Positions 1 to 14,145 of a stretch of 64,000 bases of DNA are shown one piece after another; positions within the stretch are counted from its first letter, which is position 1; every line of letters begins with the position of its first letter. The notes beneath the pieces were generated by a model, which was given only the letters and a program-made list of their open reading frames with translations, was not told the DNA's origin and did no database searches. Source of the stretch: Marsupella aquatica (taxonomy: Eukaryota; Plantae; Marchantiophyta); assembly GCA_973895155.1 (NCBI GenBank), contig OZ316893.1:11413660-11477659 (forward strand), given 5' to 3'. A program made the position numbers and the translations under genes.

Positions 1-824
1 TCTGGAAACCTTAGCAACAAACGTTATCTCACTGAGACAAATCAGATGTTACTAAAGTTTCATGTTTCGGAAAGTGCAGTTACGGACCTCTGAGTAACAA
101 CGAATCATGTGGTCGCTTGTCTCCAAAGAATTCAATGTTTTCTGAAGCTGTCCCTGGGAGCGTTTCAGAATACCTACATCACACGATATACTCCGAATTA
201 ATTTAATGCTACATATTGAAAAACGTAATCGGACCATTCATCTCCCGAGGAGAAATTCGTCCACAACCATTCTGCTCAGTGCTGGGCTGGATAGGGTATC
301 ACAAGGCAATAAAAGAGTCATGATTGCCTTGATTTTGGGGTCAAGCTGGGACAATTCATAATCTATCTTCACGAATGGCAAACCTGTGACGATACAAAGT
401 CCTGGACTCAAACCTTCGCCACAGGAAGAATCGATTCAAGAGCAGGCCTGTTGAGTTACTGGAGGGGGCGTCCAATGCAAAGGAACTGTACAGGGGAGAA
501 TTGCAGCACAGCTCGTGGGTCCAAAAGAAACAGCCGCGGTAACGCACCTTGTGCATCATACAAAGTCACATGACTGACATTGGCCGAGCTCAACCAGAAG
601 AGCAGCTGAGGAATTCTGCCACCCTTATCCAGCGCTTCTTGGTTCTCGAGCACCACCGCCACAGTGAAAGGCTTGTCCGCGACCATCGCCTTCACTTGAC
701 GATTCTCAGAATCGAACGACGCTATGAAACGCCGGAACCGCGAGAAGAGAGCACCTAGTGCGCAACCGAGGGTGAAGAAAAGGTGCAGGACTCGCCATAG
801 CAACCACTCCATCGCTCCGGTCAT
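1..824 (-). CDS. NUS1: NUS1/LEW1-like (Nogo-B receptor family) cis-prenyltransferase complex subunit, 5' part only; exons 824-548, 173-88, then continues off the window edge
   Basis: Hydrophobic N-terminus, then VAVVLENQEAL...QLLFWLSSANVSHVTLYDAQG|ILKRS, matching the NUS1 'W....G/V..ISLYD..GILK' pattern. A GT donor at 547 and an AG acceptor at 174-175 join the exons in frame. Confidence 0.65.
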
Positions 825-865
825 CACGTGCTCCTCCTCGCCTCTGGAGCTCGTGCAATCAAACC

Positions 866-895
866 AATCAAATCAAATCAAATCAAATCAAATCA
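866..895. repeat. (AAATC)n microsatellite
   Basis: Direct reading of about six AATCA units. Confidence 0.85.
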
Positions 896-1091
896 GTCAA
901 CACGACTCAATGCACACCCCAAGTCCAATTCTCCCATTTCTCTCACAGAGAAAACCAAAAACACTCATATCAATTTCGCATCAAGCTCCTGAGGAAGGAG
1001 AATCGCTTCAAGCCATTGCAACAGAATTGATCGAATGCAGCAGATTGGCAACTCCGAGTTTTTTCAACCTCTCGGAACAGAGCCGCAATTC

Positions 1092-1093
<2 letters not shown>

Positions 1094-1130
<37 letters not shown>
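1094..1130. repeat. (CT)n microsatellite in the likely 5' UTR/promoter of the NUS1-like gene
   Basis: Perfect CT run of about 18 units. Confidence 0.95.
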
Positions 1131-1132
<2 letters not shown>

Positions 1133-1209
1133 GATGGAGAATGATGTGATTGTTTCCATTCGGGTGCCCACAAAACGAAGAGAACTCTCCGTTCAGAAGA
1201 AACGTCGGT

Positions 1210-1292
1210 CGGACCGACGGAGGGACGGACGGAGGGATGGGCAGACGGACGGAGGGACGGGCAGATTGACGGGCGAACGGACGGACGGATGG
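1210..1292. repeat. Degenerate (GACG/GGAC)n low-complexity tract
   Basis: Repeated ggacggaggg/gacggacgg units. Confidence 0.7.
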
Positions 1293-4213
1293 AAGGATCG
1301 AAGGGAGATGCGAAATCGGACCAATCAAATTCGCGGGATGAGTCAATTTTCGTCGACGTACCGTTGTGCTCCGTCGACGGTCAGCGAGAGAGACGTTGAG
1401 GCGTGACGGAGTAACGCAGTCTTGACAGGTTTACTTTTTCCGTTACACTGAAACGGACCTTACGGCCAGGAGCCAGCTGCCATCCAGATTGACGTAGGTA
1501 ACGGATACATACGGCCTCATACGGTATGTAAACGGGGGGCCCCTTCTTCTTTTTTTCGTGAAAGGAGCCCTTTAATTATGCGAAAAGTAATACCCAGAAA
1601 GGGACAAGGCCATAACCCACTCAGGGACGTTGGGTCATGAGGGAAAAAGGAAATAACAGTAACTAAAGTTGACAAAAAACCATGGGGTCTTTCCATTTGC
1701 CTAATATCCTGATATTAATTACATCAAAGGTATAAACGCTACTATTTATTGCATCAAAGGTGTAAAAGCTACTCGTGAGTGCCTACCACCTAGAGTAAGG
1801 CCTCTAGACCTTGATTCTCTGGGTGCAAGTGGAATTGTGGGTGCGAGTGAAATTGGGATTGGGGTATTGTGAGTCTCTGAAAATGACATAGTGGGCTTGA
1901 ATGTACTCGCCTCTACTTATGTACAAGGAATTGACACTCAGACTAGATAGGCTACTTGTCACTCTTTTCATCTAAAACAGCTTTTAAGAACAGCGCCACT
2001 ACAGATGCGAATAACTACAGCTACTGTTTTTAATGTATTTGTTATACTGTCATGGTTTTACAGAGACATAACTAAGGGTTAACCATGGGTCAGACTCCAT
2101 CCTGTGTAAGACACATGTCAGCATGTAGCCTGTCATAGGACTGTTCTAGGAAATCTCAACAACAGCGACCCGGAAACTGTTTAGATGGAAATTTCATGCA
2201 ATCAAAATGTGAGAGATGGAAGTTTGGTTGAAGTTAAAATATGTTTATATAAACACATACTTTATCACTTTTCTAGTTTAATTATTACATTTTTATATTT
2301 TTGCACTACTGGTCAAGCAAACTTATGATGCTTGAAACAATGTGACAGCTACATCTGGTCAGGTTTCACCAATGGATGGTAGTCCATGCCCTTCTACTCT
2401 AACCTCAACACCCTTTCCAACCCTTGAAATTGGTTTGGGTCTTTTTTACTTTGCTCCAGCTCTGTGCCCTCCTGCTTGGCTGGCCAGATGGGTCTCACCA
2501 TCCTCACACCAGCCTAGTTGACCCTTTTCTCTCCGTCATGATCCTTTTTCTACTCCTTGTGCATCATTCACATCCAATTTCACCTGCTCGCTTACTTGCC
2601 TGGGCTTCTTTTGATGTCATGCCCAAGACAGTCTACATGCACTGGGCTCCAGCTTTTGCTGCCATTTGCACAACTTCTACCTTCTCTCCCACACTCTATT
2701 GCACATGCCAAAATTTGCATCTTTCATACCTCAATCACACTTGCACAATGCCAACACCTGACCAGAGATAACCACTAGCCTGAATGCCCAGCCTTTCTCA
2801 CTGGGGGTGACACTCCCACCTGTTGCCTCACCCCAAAACCTTGCCCTCATCCTAAAAGTCACTGTCTAGAGACTCCACAAACTCCAGTTATTAGTCGGAT
2901 GTAATGCACAGAGGCTCGGCCCTAAGCCATGTGCCCTAGAATGTGATTTGTTAGTTAGGTGTAGCTCACAGATGGTGGGCTTGTACTAACTCCTGTGCTA
3001 AGATTAGTATGAAAATACAGACAGCACCGCTGACAATGTTAAATGCCCCACATGTGTCCCTTGATGGAGGCTCTAGGATGGGATGGGGGTAGAAGTTATC
3101 ACAGGTTGAAATTGAAATTTACAGGAACCATCTCATTTGGCTGCTGTACTTAGCCCCCTACAGGTGTCCCGGGCTCCAACTTTCAGTTATTGGACTAAAA
3201 GGTCCCAAGATTAAACTTCATGGGGGTCAGTTATTTCCCCTTTCAGCCTGTCCATAGCCCCATCCCATCCCTTCCCATAATTTCAGATACGAGGTACCTC
3301 AACCGTTGACATGCCTCATCGTTTGAAGCACAGGGCGGCCATCGCCTTGCCATGGACATTGTAAGCATATTCCTTTGATTTCAGACAGGCTTAATAACAC
3401 CCCGATTTCACCTGTGTACTTTCTTAGCCTCATTTCAATTGTTTGCTCATCACTGAAGCAGTACCGTATGTTCTCTGCGATTTGATAAAATGGGATAGAG
3501 CAGACACCTGCTGCTCTCGGTGCCCGTTATAATACCAAATATACATGTCCTCAACCTTTTAGCTGTCGTTGTGTAAACCATCGAATTGCTAGACCATCGA
3601 ATATTGTAAAACGGGTTGACCTGTATAATTAGTTGTAGATATTGAAGTCCACATGCAGAAAAGATCCGAGTACGGTTGAACCCTGTTTCTTCTTCGTTCT
3701 GGTCACGATTGGACAACAACTGACCTTGCATTTACATTAAAATTACAAGCCTCTTGACATTGTTCGGCACTATTTGAAGGTTTTCATTACGACCACATAT
3801 CCTGACAGCTCTACCAAACTTGCAGAAGCAAAGTTCAAGGGCAATTAAGTATTCTAATACTTCTAGTGTCTTTGTAGCTATACAACATGTAGATTTGATA
3901 AAAAGAGCAGACTGTATTCGCTCCACTAGGCCAATGATGGTCAGGACTTCAGATTGTCATTTGAAGCTCCTCTCAAAGCACAGTACCTTTCATAATGTCT
4001 TGCTTGCTAATGCACTTCCCGCTGGCCATAGTCCACAAGTTTCGGACTTTCAAGATGTTTCTCGCCTTCACGTAAGAAAAATTATACTTGGAACTAAACT
4101 TCACACCTCTTTCTTTCCTAGAAAATCGTGCAACCTAAGGACTCACGGGTTGGCATCACAACAGCTACTGTCTGGAGTCATGGCTATTTAAGTGAAAAAG
4201 ACTGTTCACTGTA

Positions 4214-7200
4214 TTATTCATTAATGTGCACAGTTTCAACTGGGCTGTCTATCTCCTCCAAGTTAAATTGACATAAGAGCTTGGATGATTTCACCTCTCC
4301 TTTCCGGGAGCGTAGGGACACCACTCGAATACCTTGGAGTAATTCCTTCACAGGAATGCAATATTGCCCCACGAAATCGTCTGGGTTCATGCGATCATTC
4401 TCCCATACCTCGAACCGCAAAACAGCGATATCTGGAACTGCAACCACACCAAAAACATATCATACCTTCTCCAAACCCTCAAACAAGCAGATTTCTAAAC
4501 GCCAACAACAGAGGCAATGGTAGTCCAGGAGCAGAAATGAACACAAGGGTGGACAAAAATCAGGTTATAGCTGAACTCATTGAAGACCCAGCTGTAGAAA
4601 AGCAAGGCAAAGATCCCTCCAAACTCTCCCCAGTTATGTGTCAGAAAATGGTCGGAATGTAGAGAAACGAATAAGTCAAACGACAATGCAGCACTTCGCA
4701 AGACAATACCAAAACAAAAGTGGAAAGGAGCAGCCACAGCACGTCCGACAAATCTCCGTTGAGTCTAGCCTAAACAGGATTTTCATTGTTTTGAGGAAAG
4801 GTGCGTGTAGTACGTGAACTCTGAAAACGTCCACTCAAAGACTGAAGATATCCCAAAGCTACTCCAAACCAATTCTGACACACTTAACAAACTATCCAAT
4901 TCTAGTCCAATATTTCAATTGGCATCGTCAGCATCTAAAACTTGAGAAACACGATATGCCGTAGACAAGCTAATAAGGAATTAACAAATTTTCTATTTTT
5001 CAAGATTCACGAAGAATCAATTTTGAGCTGATTTGCCCTATTTTATTTTCAATTTGAAACGAGCAATGGTAACGCAGAGAAAAGTGCACACTCCGCTGCT
5101 CTGTAGGTAGGTGTCGGCTCCCTCATAAAGAACTAGGTCTAGTCCCTGAATCTCTCGGTCCATATAAAGCAATTGGCATAACTCAGTGAACTGAGCTCAG
5201 GAATAATCTTTGATTCTCCTCACTGATGATACGTATAAACCACAAATGCTGACTAAATTAGCCTGGCGTTGGAACCACGATTGTGGAACGACTCTTGGAG
5301 GGAATTCTGTTACGCCGCAATAAATTTCAAGGCTGATATACGATTACATGACTGGCTTGCAAACCTGAATCTCCAACAGGGACATTCTTTTAACAAAAGC
5401 TTTCGATCAGCAACGCTCAGAACAGGTTACTTCAGAGTACGAACGTCCTTCAAGCTTTCAAGAACTCCTTCCCATTCCGAAGTCCAAACATACTTCACTC
5501 TTCCTGCTCAGGTTTTTGAGCTGCTTTACAGATAACCTCTACCTCTCAGCGAATGCCCAACAAGTCTCTTAAGGCCTTCAAACAGATGCTTGAGGCAAAC
5601 TTACTACACCCAGTGTCTTATCAATATCTACCGCGAAAAAAAATACAATTTACAGAGAAAACATGTCCAAAATACTTACCGCTCTTCGAATTGATGAACT
5701 GAAACTAAGACATCACTGCCAGCAAATACAATACAAGAAGCCCCTTCCGCCTCATCGAGCAGCTATCTAAGTCTATCGAAGAATTCGATCCCTAAATCTA
5801 GGTAAAGTCGGAAATTCATTGAAACAATAACAAGACAAAATTTTAATCCCGCATTTTTTTCTGAGAAAAGATTCTCAACTGAGTGTCTTGTGGCCTTTTA
5901 CTTTTTGCCTTTCTGCGTCCATTGGGCACCCATTGAATTCTCAACTTCAAGCATTCATTTAGTCATACATAGGGAAATCGTTAAAAACAAGGTGGCTTAA
6001 GCACTAACGTCAAGTTGAACTAGAGAGTTTACCTCGAATGGGAAACTCAAATTCTTCATCCTCCCAGTTGGGCTCCTTGTTTGAATACGCAACTTTAGTT
6101 TTATGCCTAAGCGTATCAGAGGGTATCCCTTTTACAGCAACCTGCAATGCAGTCGACATATCAGTCATCTGCGATCAGATCGGATTGTGCAACTTCAAGC
6201 AACCCAGAAACCTGCTCGTGAGCAAGGTGGGGATGAGCCGCGACATACTAGCAACTCATTAGAATAACTGGTTGCTTCAAGGGTCTTGCAAGCGGATATC
6301 TCGAAGGAAAGCGGGAACAGATAGCATAGCAGAACTGACCCTGACGTAAAAATCTGGCTTCTTCAAGAAATCGAACACCCGGTGCCAATCCGTTCCCATT
6401 AGGACTTTCACCTGTTTCACACAGCCGAAAGAATGAGCTGAAACATTGGCTACATCCGCTTCATCAACGAAGCTTATCATCCACGAACCAAGATGCTACT
6501 TTGCAGGGAGATCAACTGAAGAAGCTGCGATTGTAACAAGTTCACCTAACCGCAAATACAATTGAGAGTCTATCCTAACCTGGAATGAAGTCCATGAGCC
6601 TATTCATTGAAACCTCGTATCCTATTTGTAACAGTTTAACATAGCTACAGCTGAAAATTACAGACTGTGGAAGGCAGACTAACGCCAATGCAAGCTGAAC
6701 TTTACAATGCCCAAGATGGTCCAATGAGATTCCAACCCCCTATAATGCAACCCAGGAAACCTGATATTTGCTGCTGTGGTAATGTGAAATTTTCAGCAAG
6801 GCCGCGGGATCCAGAATTTCACGAAACCAAATATAACACCCGGTGGTGCTTCCTATTATATTCTTTAAATACAGGCTATCAAAACAGTAGTAAAACCACG
6901 CAATGAGAGAGGGAGTACGTAAATACCTTCAGCTTGAGCTTTGGTGGCAAGTTTAAGATCTCCTCGTATTGAAGTGATTTCTCTTGTAAATAAATTTGCG
7001 GTTTTCTCACGAAACCACAGCCACTGTTAGACTGGAAAAAGGCATTATTTAGCCAAGCAGCTCGATCTCGACCTTGGAGATTTAGAGCTGCCATCTGGCA
7101 ACCATGACTCCATGACCACATTGGATCAGCATTCGACGAGTCAAATCTTAGGCCAAACGGGTATACTCGCCCCAAGTTCATCTTCGTGTACCTGCAAGAT

Positions 7201-9293
7201 GCCATCACATTTTTTACACGGTCCCATTCAATCATCTACGTGTCTACAACTCACAACCAAAAGCTAAGCTCCACTGCACTCAAGACTCATCACTGAAAAC
7301 ATGTTCGGTGGTCAGAACCTACTCAATTATGGATCCCGGATGAGTTTTGATGAAGTTCTTCAATTGCGGTTCGCTTATATTGGCCATAATGGCTTTTTCC
7401 CCTGTTAGAAGTGGACCGCCCTTCACTTGTTTTTCCTTCATTTCTGAAGGCTTTTCACAAGAAATGTACAGAAGTTCTTCAAACTCTTGAGCCTTGGTTA
7501 CTTCAGGAGCTGGAGTGGCTTCGTCGTATGCCCTCGCACCTCGCTGCACATGCTTTATGTCAATTTTAAAGCCACCTGGAAGTTTATTTCTGGAATTCGT
7601 GGGACTTAAACTTGGTGATCGATCTCCTCCTCCTATGAGTTCTTCTACGCCTTCTGGGTCTTCGACAACCTGTGCACCAAACAATAAACCTGCTTTTTAG
7701 TTGACGACTTTCCCAATACCCTACTCCGGCTACTGATATCCTCAAGCAAATCACAGCGCAAGTAAAATGTAGAGTCAATCTCGCTTTGCAGCTAATTACC
7801 ATGTCACATTCAAAGATATTGGGAATGAGACAGCAAGACAAACCTGCTGCTCAACCGGTTCACGGAAAGGCTTGTCTGAGATGATGATTTTTCCTTTTAG
7901 TTCCTCGGGGGATAAGAACTCAACCGGGTGTCTTTGCTCAGCAGTTGGGACAAAAAGAATATCCCCAAGAATTCTTTTGAGAATCTGCTCGTTAATCCCG
8001 AAAGCAACAACATTCCGATTATTAGAAAGTCGAAGATGTAATTAACTTGAACAGGTCTATGAAATTGCTGCATTTATCTCATGATCATCAAACAATCGAT
8101 CAAATAGACAGATAAAATCCTTCCAAGGCCGCTCCCACATGTCATTGACGAGAGTCATAAACGACTTTCACCTTGGCTACTTCAACTTGAAGCTCAGGTC
8201 GTAAATGGTTCTCAATAGTGATGATAACTGGGTAGGGCGATGCGGTAAAAGCATGCTCCTTGATGGTCATTATACAGTCTTCAAATTTGACAGGGCTAGT
8301 CAATGTGCTGCCAACAAAACAGTTTTTCCACATGGTGGGAAGTGTATATGATGATCAGGCAAGAATGTCAATTAGGAAAGAATACCTAGGAGCGGTATTT
8401 CAATTAAAGTTTGGGTTCTCAACTGCCCAGACCAACGAGATGATGCATCTCTGCTTTACTAGAACCTCAAAGTACAAACGAGTTGTAGGAGTGTACCCTC
8501 CGTGCAGAACCCTGATCTTGCCATGCTTCTCCCAACAGTCCAATTCAATCACTCGGCATCCAGCCTTCAGAGCTTCTTTGATTGGCGTTGTGCTCGACCT
8601 GGACCAGAGTTGATTCCCGGTCAAGTAGGAGTTGTGGCTCGTGTGGACATAGTATTGCGGTAGTGGTGCAGTCATGTCATCAGTCTGCCTCAAAAGCCAG
8701 TTTGCTTCATTTCACGCTGACTACCTCTTGGTCAGGAAAATTTTGCTGCAAACCAGCGTAGAATTCCTTTCAATTTGGGCTCTAGGAGCCCCTGAGGCGC
8801 ATGATTAGAGAGCAAAGTGAAGTAGTTGCTCAGATTCCACAACTTAACAAGGGAGCTCCGAATCACGTTGACTATCATGCCTCCAAAAGTTATAACTAAT
8901 CAATGTGCACAAAAGCACGGAAAAAGGAATCGCGTTTCTCACCATCTGTTGGGGTTTGACGGGCCCATTCAAAATAGGATTCAAGAGCATCTTCGTGAAG
9001 CCTGCTAGGTCCATCCCAGGGCTCGACTCAGGCTGTTCACCATGATGATGAAGATGGAGATGATGGGACTCCGAATTCTCTTTGCCGTTCATAATCATCG
9101 CCTCGGCCTGAGCATCGGTAATAGATCCATCCCCTTCTCCTTGAAACTTCTCAAAGAAGCTTTTCAAATCTGCAGCGGTCAAATATTCTTTCCCTTGCGC
9201 AGTTTCTCTGAAGACTTCCGCCACGGTCTTCGGGACATTTCTTATCTCATTGTAATGAGCAGCTGTCAACGGTAAGCAATTGAAAACTCCCAT
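4214..9293 (-). CDS. PLC: Phosphoinositide-specific phospholipase C (EF-hand-like, X, Y, C2); exons 9293-8943, 8684-8497, 8307-8172, 7984-7844, 7669-7323, 7191-6927, 6411-6340, 6141-6033, 4437-4214
   Basis: X box: DMTAPLPQYYVHTSHNSYLTGNQL, GCRVIELDCW, VLHGGTLT, SPYPVIITIENH. Y box: RVYPFGLRFDSSN, GCQMAALNLQG. C2: PDFYVRV...EPNWEDEEFEFPIRVPDIAVLRFEVWEND...GIRVVSL. All eight introns are GT-AG and keep the frame. Confidence 0.93.
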
Positions 9294-9835
9294 TTTTCCT
9301 ACACTGTCACACGAAAGCACAGAATTGGATGATTCAGGCGCGAGTACCACCCCAGCAGGCTGGACAGCTCTGAAATTATTGAGAACTCTCAACTACTGGA
9401 AAATCGCCCGAGAAAAAGCGCTGCGCAAGAAAAATGATCCATGTAGACATGCAATTCGAAGAAAGACCAAAGTGTATGGTGCAGGCCTAACAATGAACAA
9501 ACCGCACTCCACAATCGGCACATTCTGAACGTGAAGTCGTAACTCCTGTAATTTGTCGTCAGCTAATAATGTCCAACTCTAACAGCACATTGCAGTCATT
9601 GCTAAACTGACGCTTCGGAGTGTGCACTGCTCTGCAGGTAACTAAACTCTATCCAAGGCAAGCTGCTTCATCGACATCTGCAGAACGACACACTATCGCC
9701 TTTACTCTGAGACACATAGGACTCGCGACTTTCATAGGATCGTCGCCTGACTCTACAGAACACCCAAGCTCTGTGCACATCGAGAAGATAAACGAGGGAG
9801 TATCAAATAAGAAAACAAACGCGGAATTGAAAAAC

Positions 9836-10070
9836 AAAGCCCGAAGCAAAATTGAAGGCAAACAAATGTGAACAGGAGAGAGGAGAGGCTGCAGCAGAGA
9901 GTAACTTTAGCTCACGAACAACGCAAGAGCTTACAAATCCGCTAACAATAGCGGATAAAAAAAATAAAACCCGAAGCAAATTTGAGGCCAACCAACTATG
10001 GAGAGGAGAGAGGAGAGGCTGCGATAGAGAGCACATTTAGCCCACGACCAGAGAGGAGGTTTACAAGTCT
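9836..10070. repeat. Diverged direct duplication of about 130 bp upstream of PLC
   Basis: cccgaagcaaa...ggagagaggagaggctgc...tttagc.cacga occurs at about 9840 and about 9970. Confidence 0.7.
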
Positions 10071-11056
10071 GCAAGAACTACACGAAACTTCGCTACCAAA
10101 ATGCGACTGCCTAACAATCTGTCAGGACAAGACTATTGAGACCAATACCTTCCAAAAACTTCTACCGCGTGATCGGAAGCTGACAGTAGCGAACGACCAA
10201 CCAAAACCCGCGTATTTCCCGGCAAGCAGGAGGTCACCTCTTGGAGACACCCTCCAATAGAGCAGAAGATGAGTAGGTGTCAAGATTTGCGGCAAACAGT
10301 CGCACATGCTCATGCCAATTCTTCTATCGTTATGGAGCTGTACGGTAACTGATCTCAATTACCTAGACATCAGTCCATGATTACCATCAATCAACCAACG
10401 TGGTCAGCGGCATTCCACAATGACCGAAAACACACCTGACTGAGAAATCGATTTCCCGGCGGCAACTAGGCGAGTTGCGAATGGAGCCAATCAGAGATGT
10501 ATGCCGCCACCATGCAGCACTGTCTGGAACTCGCCTTTTCTGCTACAGGCCTTAAGGCTCACAAGAGTCACCAGCGGACTTGAAGAGCTCCGCTGCGCTA
10601 GCTGTCCAGCACCTTCGCTCGGGCCCCGAGCGACGAGAGAGCGCCAGGTCGTCGTCGGTGAAGTGGAACGATCTGTGCGATGATGTAATCAGAAAAAAGA
10701 GAAATCAGACGGCATTCCGCAATCTGCCATCCGCGTCGACTGCTGTAGGCCGTAGGCTCCCTGTTCTACTACAGGCCAGACGGTTCGCAAAAACCAGCTG
10801 AGGATTTCCCCTCCGCTACAATTACCTGTCCAGCGCTTTCGCTGTGGAAAGATATCTACGCAAACGAAATAATGTAATCAGAGAAATGCAGCAAAGCACG
10901 GTCAAACGGCATTGCACAATCAGCAATCCGCATTGACAGTAGTGGTAGGACCCCCGCCACGGCCAGCGCCATCGCTCCAATCCCTAAAGCTCCAAATTCC
11001 TCTGTTGTTTGTTTTCTTGCCATCTACAAATTTTCGGCTGATTCGTGTGTGTAGTC

Positions 11057-11365
11057 CGTTTCTTGCCATCTGCGTGATGAGCAGTCAGATTCATGACGGT
11101 GGTCAGGAGCGAAAGGAGTCAGATTCATGACTGTGGTCAGGAGCCTGTTACCATGTTTCTTGCCGTCTGCGTGACTGGAGTCAGCTTCATGACGGTGGTC
11201 AGGACTGTGCAGTACCACACTACCACGGTGGTCAGGAGTTAGGACTGCCTGGTACTATGTTTCTTGCGATCTGCGTGACGAGGAGTCAGCTTCATGACGG
11301 TGGTCAGGACTGTACAGTACCTGATACCACGTTTCTTGCCATCTGCATGATGATCAGTCTGCGTG
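11057..11365. repeat. Degenerate tandem array of 70-100 bp units
   Basis: tttcttgcc(a/g)tctgcgtga...gagtcagcttcatgacggtggtcagga recurs about four times, with internal sub-repeats. Confidence 0.8.
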
Positions 11366-13201
11366 ATGACGGTCGTCACGACGGTACAGTACCGTAGTGG
11401 TAACTTGGTTCGTCAATGTGAATTTGCAAACAGTTGTCCTTACAAGAGGTTTTCCAGAAAAGGACTTTAACATGACCCCTCTAACGTCTTGCTTTTTTGG
11501 ACCTGAAAAAAACCATTTGAAATTCATCCAAAAAGCCAGGATACAATAGGGGTGGCCCACAAAACGGGGTAGGCAAGGGGGAGTGAGGGGGGGGGGGACC
11601 AAAGGTACGGTAGCTCAACCCCCTGCAAAGTCTTATGGACTTGAAGCACCATAAACATGTATTTCAAAACTTGACCAGGCCAACCGTAGTCAGAGATACA
11701 AAAAAATGCATTAATTAAGGTTGTCACACTTGTTGTGAGGTAGTTTTGCCCAAGGAATCATGCCCCAAGTATGACGTTCTTTTGGAAGTGTGATATATAA
11801 ATAGGGCACCACCACTTGACTTGTGGCGATACAAAGACCTACAAGATATTAATTTTTTATAAGTTTCAATATTTTATAAGATGATGATATGAATTTCTTA
11901 AATTCAAGCTGCCTACTAAGAAAAGTTGTGACTTTTGCAAAAATCCCTGGTAGAGTGTTTTTGGAGGCCCTCGTCACTTTCTCTTCAACGGGACCTCCTG
12001 TTGCAAATAAAGGCAATGACACCATTGCAGCACAAGAACAGGACAAAGAAATTTTGGTTACGGACCCCATGAGAGGTCCCTTCCAAAATTCCTGGCACCA
12101 GATCAAGCGTGCCACATCAACAACAATCGCAACAAACAAGACTCGACGGTTTTGTGAATCAAACTTACAATTTTATTTCGTGTTTGCATCAATTTGGGTG
12201 TAAATTTTGGGACACCATGCCGTAAAAAGAAATGTAAAATTTCATAAATGCAAAGAGCGAGACGGGTAAAATTGTCAATATATAACCATTTTAGTTACGT
12301 ATCCAATTTTAAAAATTAAATTCAAAGATTTGAAAAGTATTTTTCATATAATAAACAATGACTAATAACTAACTTGATAACTTCCTTGTTAACGGGTTAT
12401 TAGCACATGGAGTAAGATTTCTAGCATTTTGCGGTTCAGGCACACTATCATGGTAGAAACTTGAACTCAATGAATTGATACAATTCATTTGATCAGACAT
12501 TGATCTGGTTTCAAATGGACTTGCCAATATTTTACTATTGACTCTCTTGAGAATTTGGTTGCATGTAGCGAAAAGGTCTGATTTTGACAACTGTTTGTTA
12601 TAAATCACGTTGTCAACTTTAGCCTGCAAAGCAAAGTATTCATGTGGCAGTTGTGGCAGTTGAAAAAATGTCAAATTGTTCAGGCAATCGTTGAACCCAC
12701 AATGATTCTGTAAGAAAATCTATCTTACTTGTTCAACACAACATGACTACCAGCTTCCCTCTTCTCAAAACTAGCTTTGCCCTTCTCCATTTGGTAAATA
12801 GTTGCGTCAAGGTCATGAGACTATTACCCTCTAATTCAAAACTAGCCAAAGTCAAATTTCAGTGAAATCTCCAGAATTTCCAATTATTTGAAAGTACATT
12901 GACAAATCTCTTACAAATTAACGGGGCTCAACTACTAGAAAGCTTAGGGTTGTTGTTGAGAAAAGCAGTCTTCTCAATTGATCTTGAGAAAGTAATTTTC
13001 TCAACTCAAAGTGCCCATGGCACTTTAGTCGTCAAATATAGTGTCATCCAATGCCCAAATCAACTAACTAAAAAAAATTGTGCCTTGGGTTTATTAATGT
13101 TCTAAAATTAGCTAAAATATCTCATATATCTTAAGTGTTTTAATGCCTGCTAGCAGAGCATTATGAACCATATTAGCCTCTCAAAACTCAAGCTAAAAGC
13201 C

Positions 13202-13498
13202 TGTTAGGAATTGACTCAAGTTCCCGACTATAGTTAGTTTGGCCTTACTAGGTTTAATTGACCCTTGGTTAATTAAGGATAAGATCCACTTATTTTAGGC
13301 CCACACATCTTAGTCCCCCTTGGGGGTATAGGTTGGAGGGAGAGCATTCTCTCCCTCATTCTTCACATGTTCAATCTCATGAGCTATGGATTCTTTAGGA
13401 GTTTCTCCATGATCGTGGTGTCTTGTTGGTGTAGTGTGAGATTGAGTGCTCTCATGTTCCGCATTGTTGTCTAGTCTGGAGCTGACGGTTTTCCTACA
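13202..13498 (+). repeat. 5' LTR of the copia element
   Basis: TGTTAGGAA...TTCCTACA; differs from the 3' LTR by six substitutions and two 1-bp indels (counted by eye). Confidence 0.95.
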
Positions 13499-13500
13499 AG

Positions 13501-13512
13501 TGGTATTAGAGC
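13501..13512 (+). promoter_or_regulatory. Primer-binding site for tRNA-iMet
   Basis: TGGTATTAGAGC, 2 bp after the LTR; one mismatch from the canonical TGGTATCAGAGC. Confidence 0.85.
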
Positions 13513-14145
13513 TTTGTGTTCGACATTCGGTTGCCTGGACAATGGTGAGAGTATTCTTTGTGTTGAATCATGGTGACGGATCAGATTGTTCTCAATAATT
13601 TGGGTGATCGTGTCACTGGTCGTTGTGCACTGGAGGTTTCGCGTTCAGAATGAGTGACGATTTCCCAATTGAAACTTCACATCAGAAGTGTCGGATGTGT
13701 CTCTAGTTTTCTAAATGTACTATCAGGCGGATAGTCTTGCGTTTCATTGTGCACATCGGCGAGCACTTCAACTCGGTGAAATTTTCATAGCGTTTCATCC
13801 GGCGAGTGCGGAGCAATATCGTTTTATGTTTTGCTGTTTGTAGCCTGATCTCTTTGGCTATGGAGTCTTTGTGCTCGGCTTGATCTCTTACGGGGTCTTG
13901 GGTCGATGTTTTCTTGGAAAAACGTCGATGTTCTTTTTCTCAATATTTTCTTCGTTCACCTCTTGGGTCACGTTGCGCAACAATTTGCGGCGTCGCCGCC
14001 AATTTGTGTAGTGGAGTACGAGTGGAGTACGCAGCCATCAGGCACTATAGCGGTGAGGTGTGGTTGTTACTTAGGGCTAACAGAAAATGACAAGTGAACA
14101 GTGATTTTGTCTTGAAATCACGTCGTGTTTGGCGCTTGTTTTGAG

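Noticed and set aside
724-1406. ORFs over 100 aa near the NUS1-like promoter
   Set aside because: Produced by microsatellites and antisense overlap; low-complexity translations.
3070-3275. Short inverted GATGGGATGGGG/CCCCATCCCATC pair, possible MITE
   Set aside because: Inverted match is short and no TSD was identified.
11057-11365. Repeat array resembling CRISPR
   Set aside because: Eukaryotic context, degenerate units, no unique constant-length spacers, no cas genes.
12369-13105. AT-rich ORFs flanking the copia insertion, possibly a DNA-transposase relic
   Set aside because: No recognisable catalytic or zinc-finger motif.
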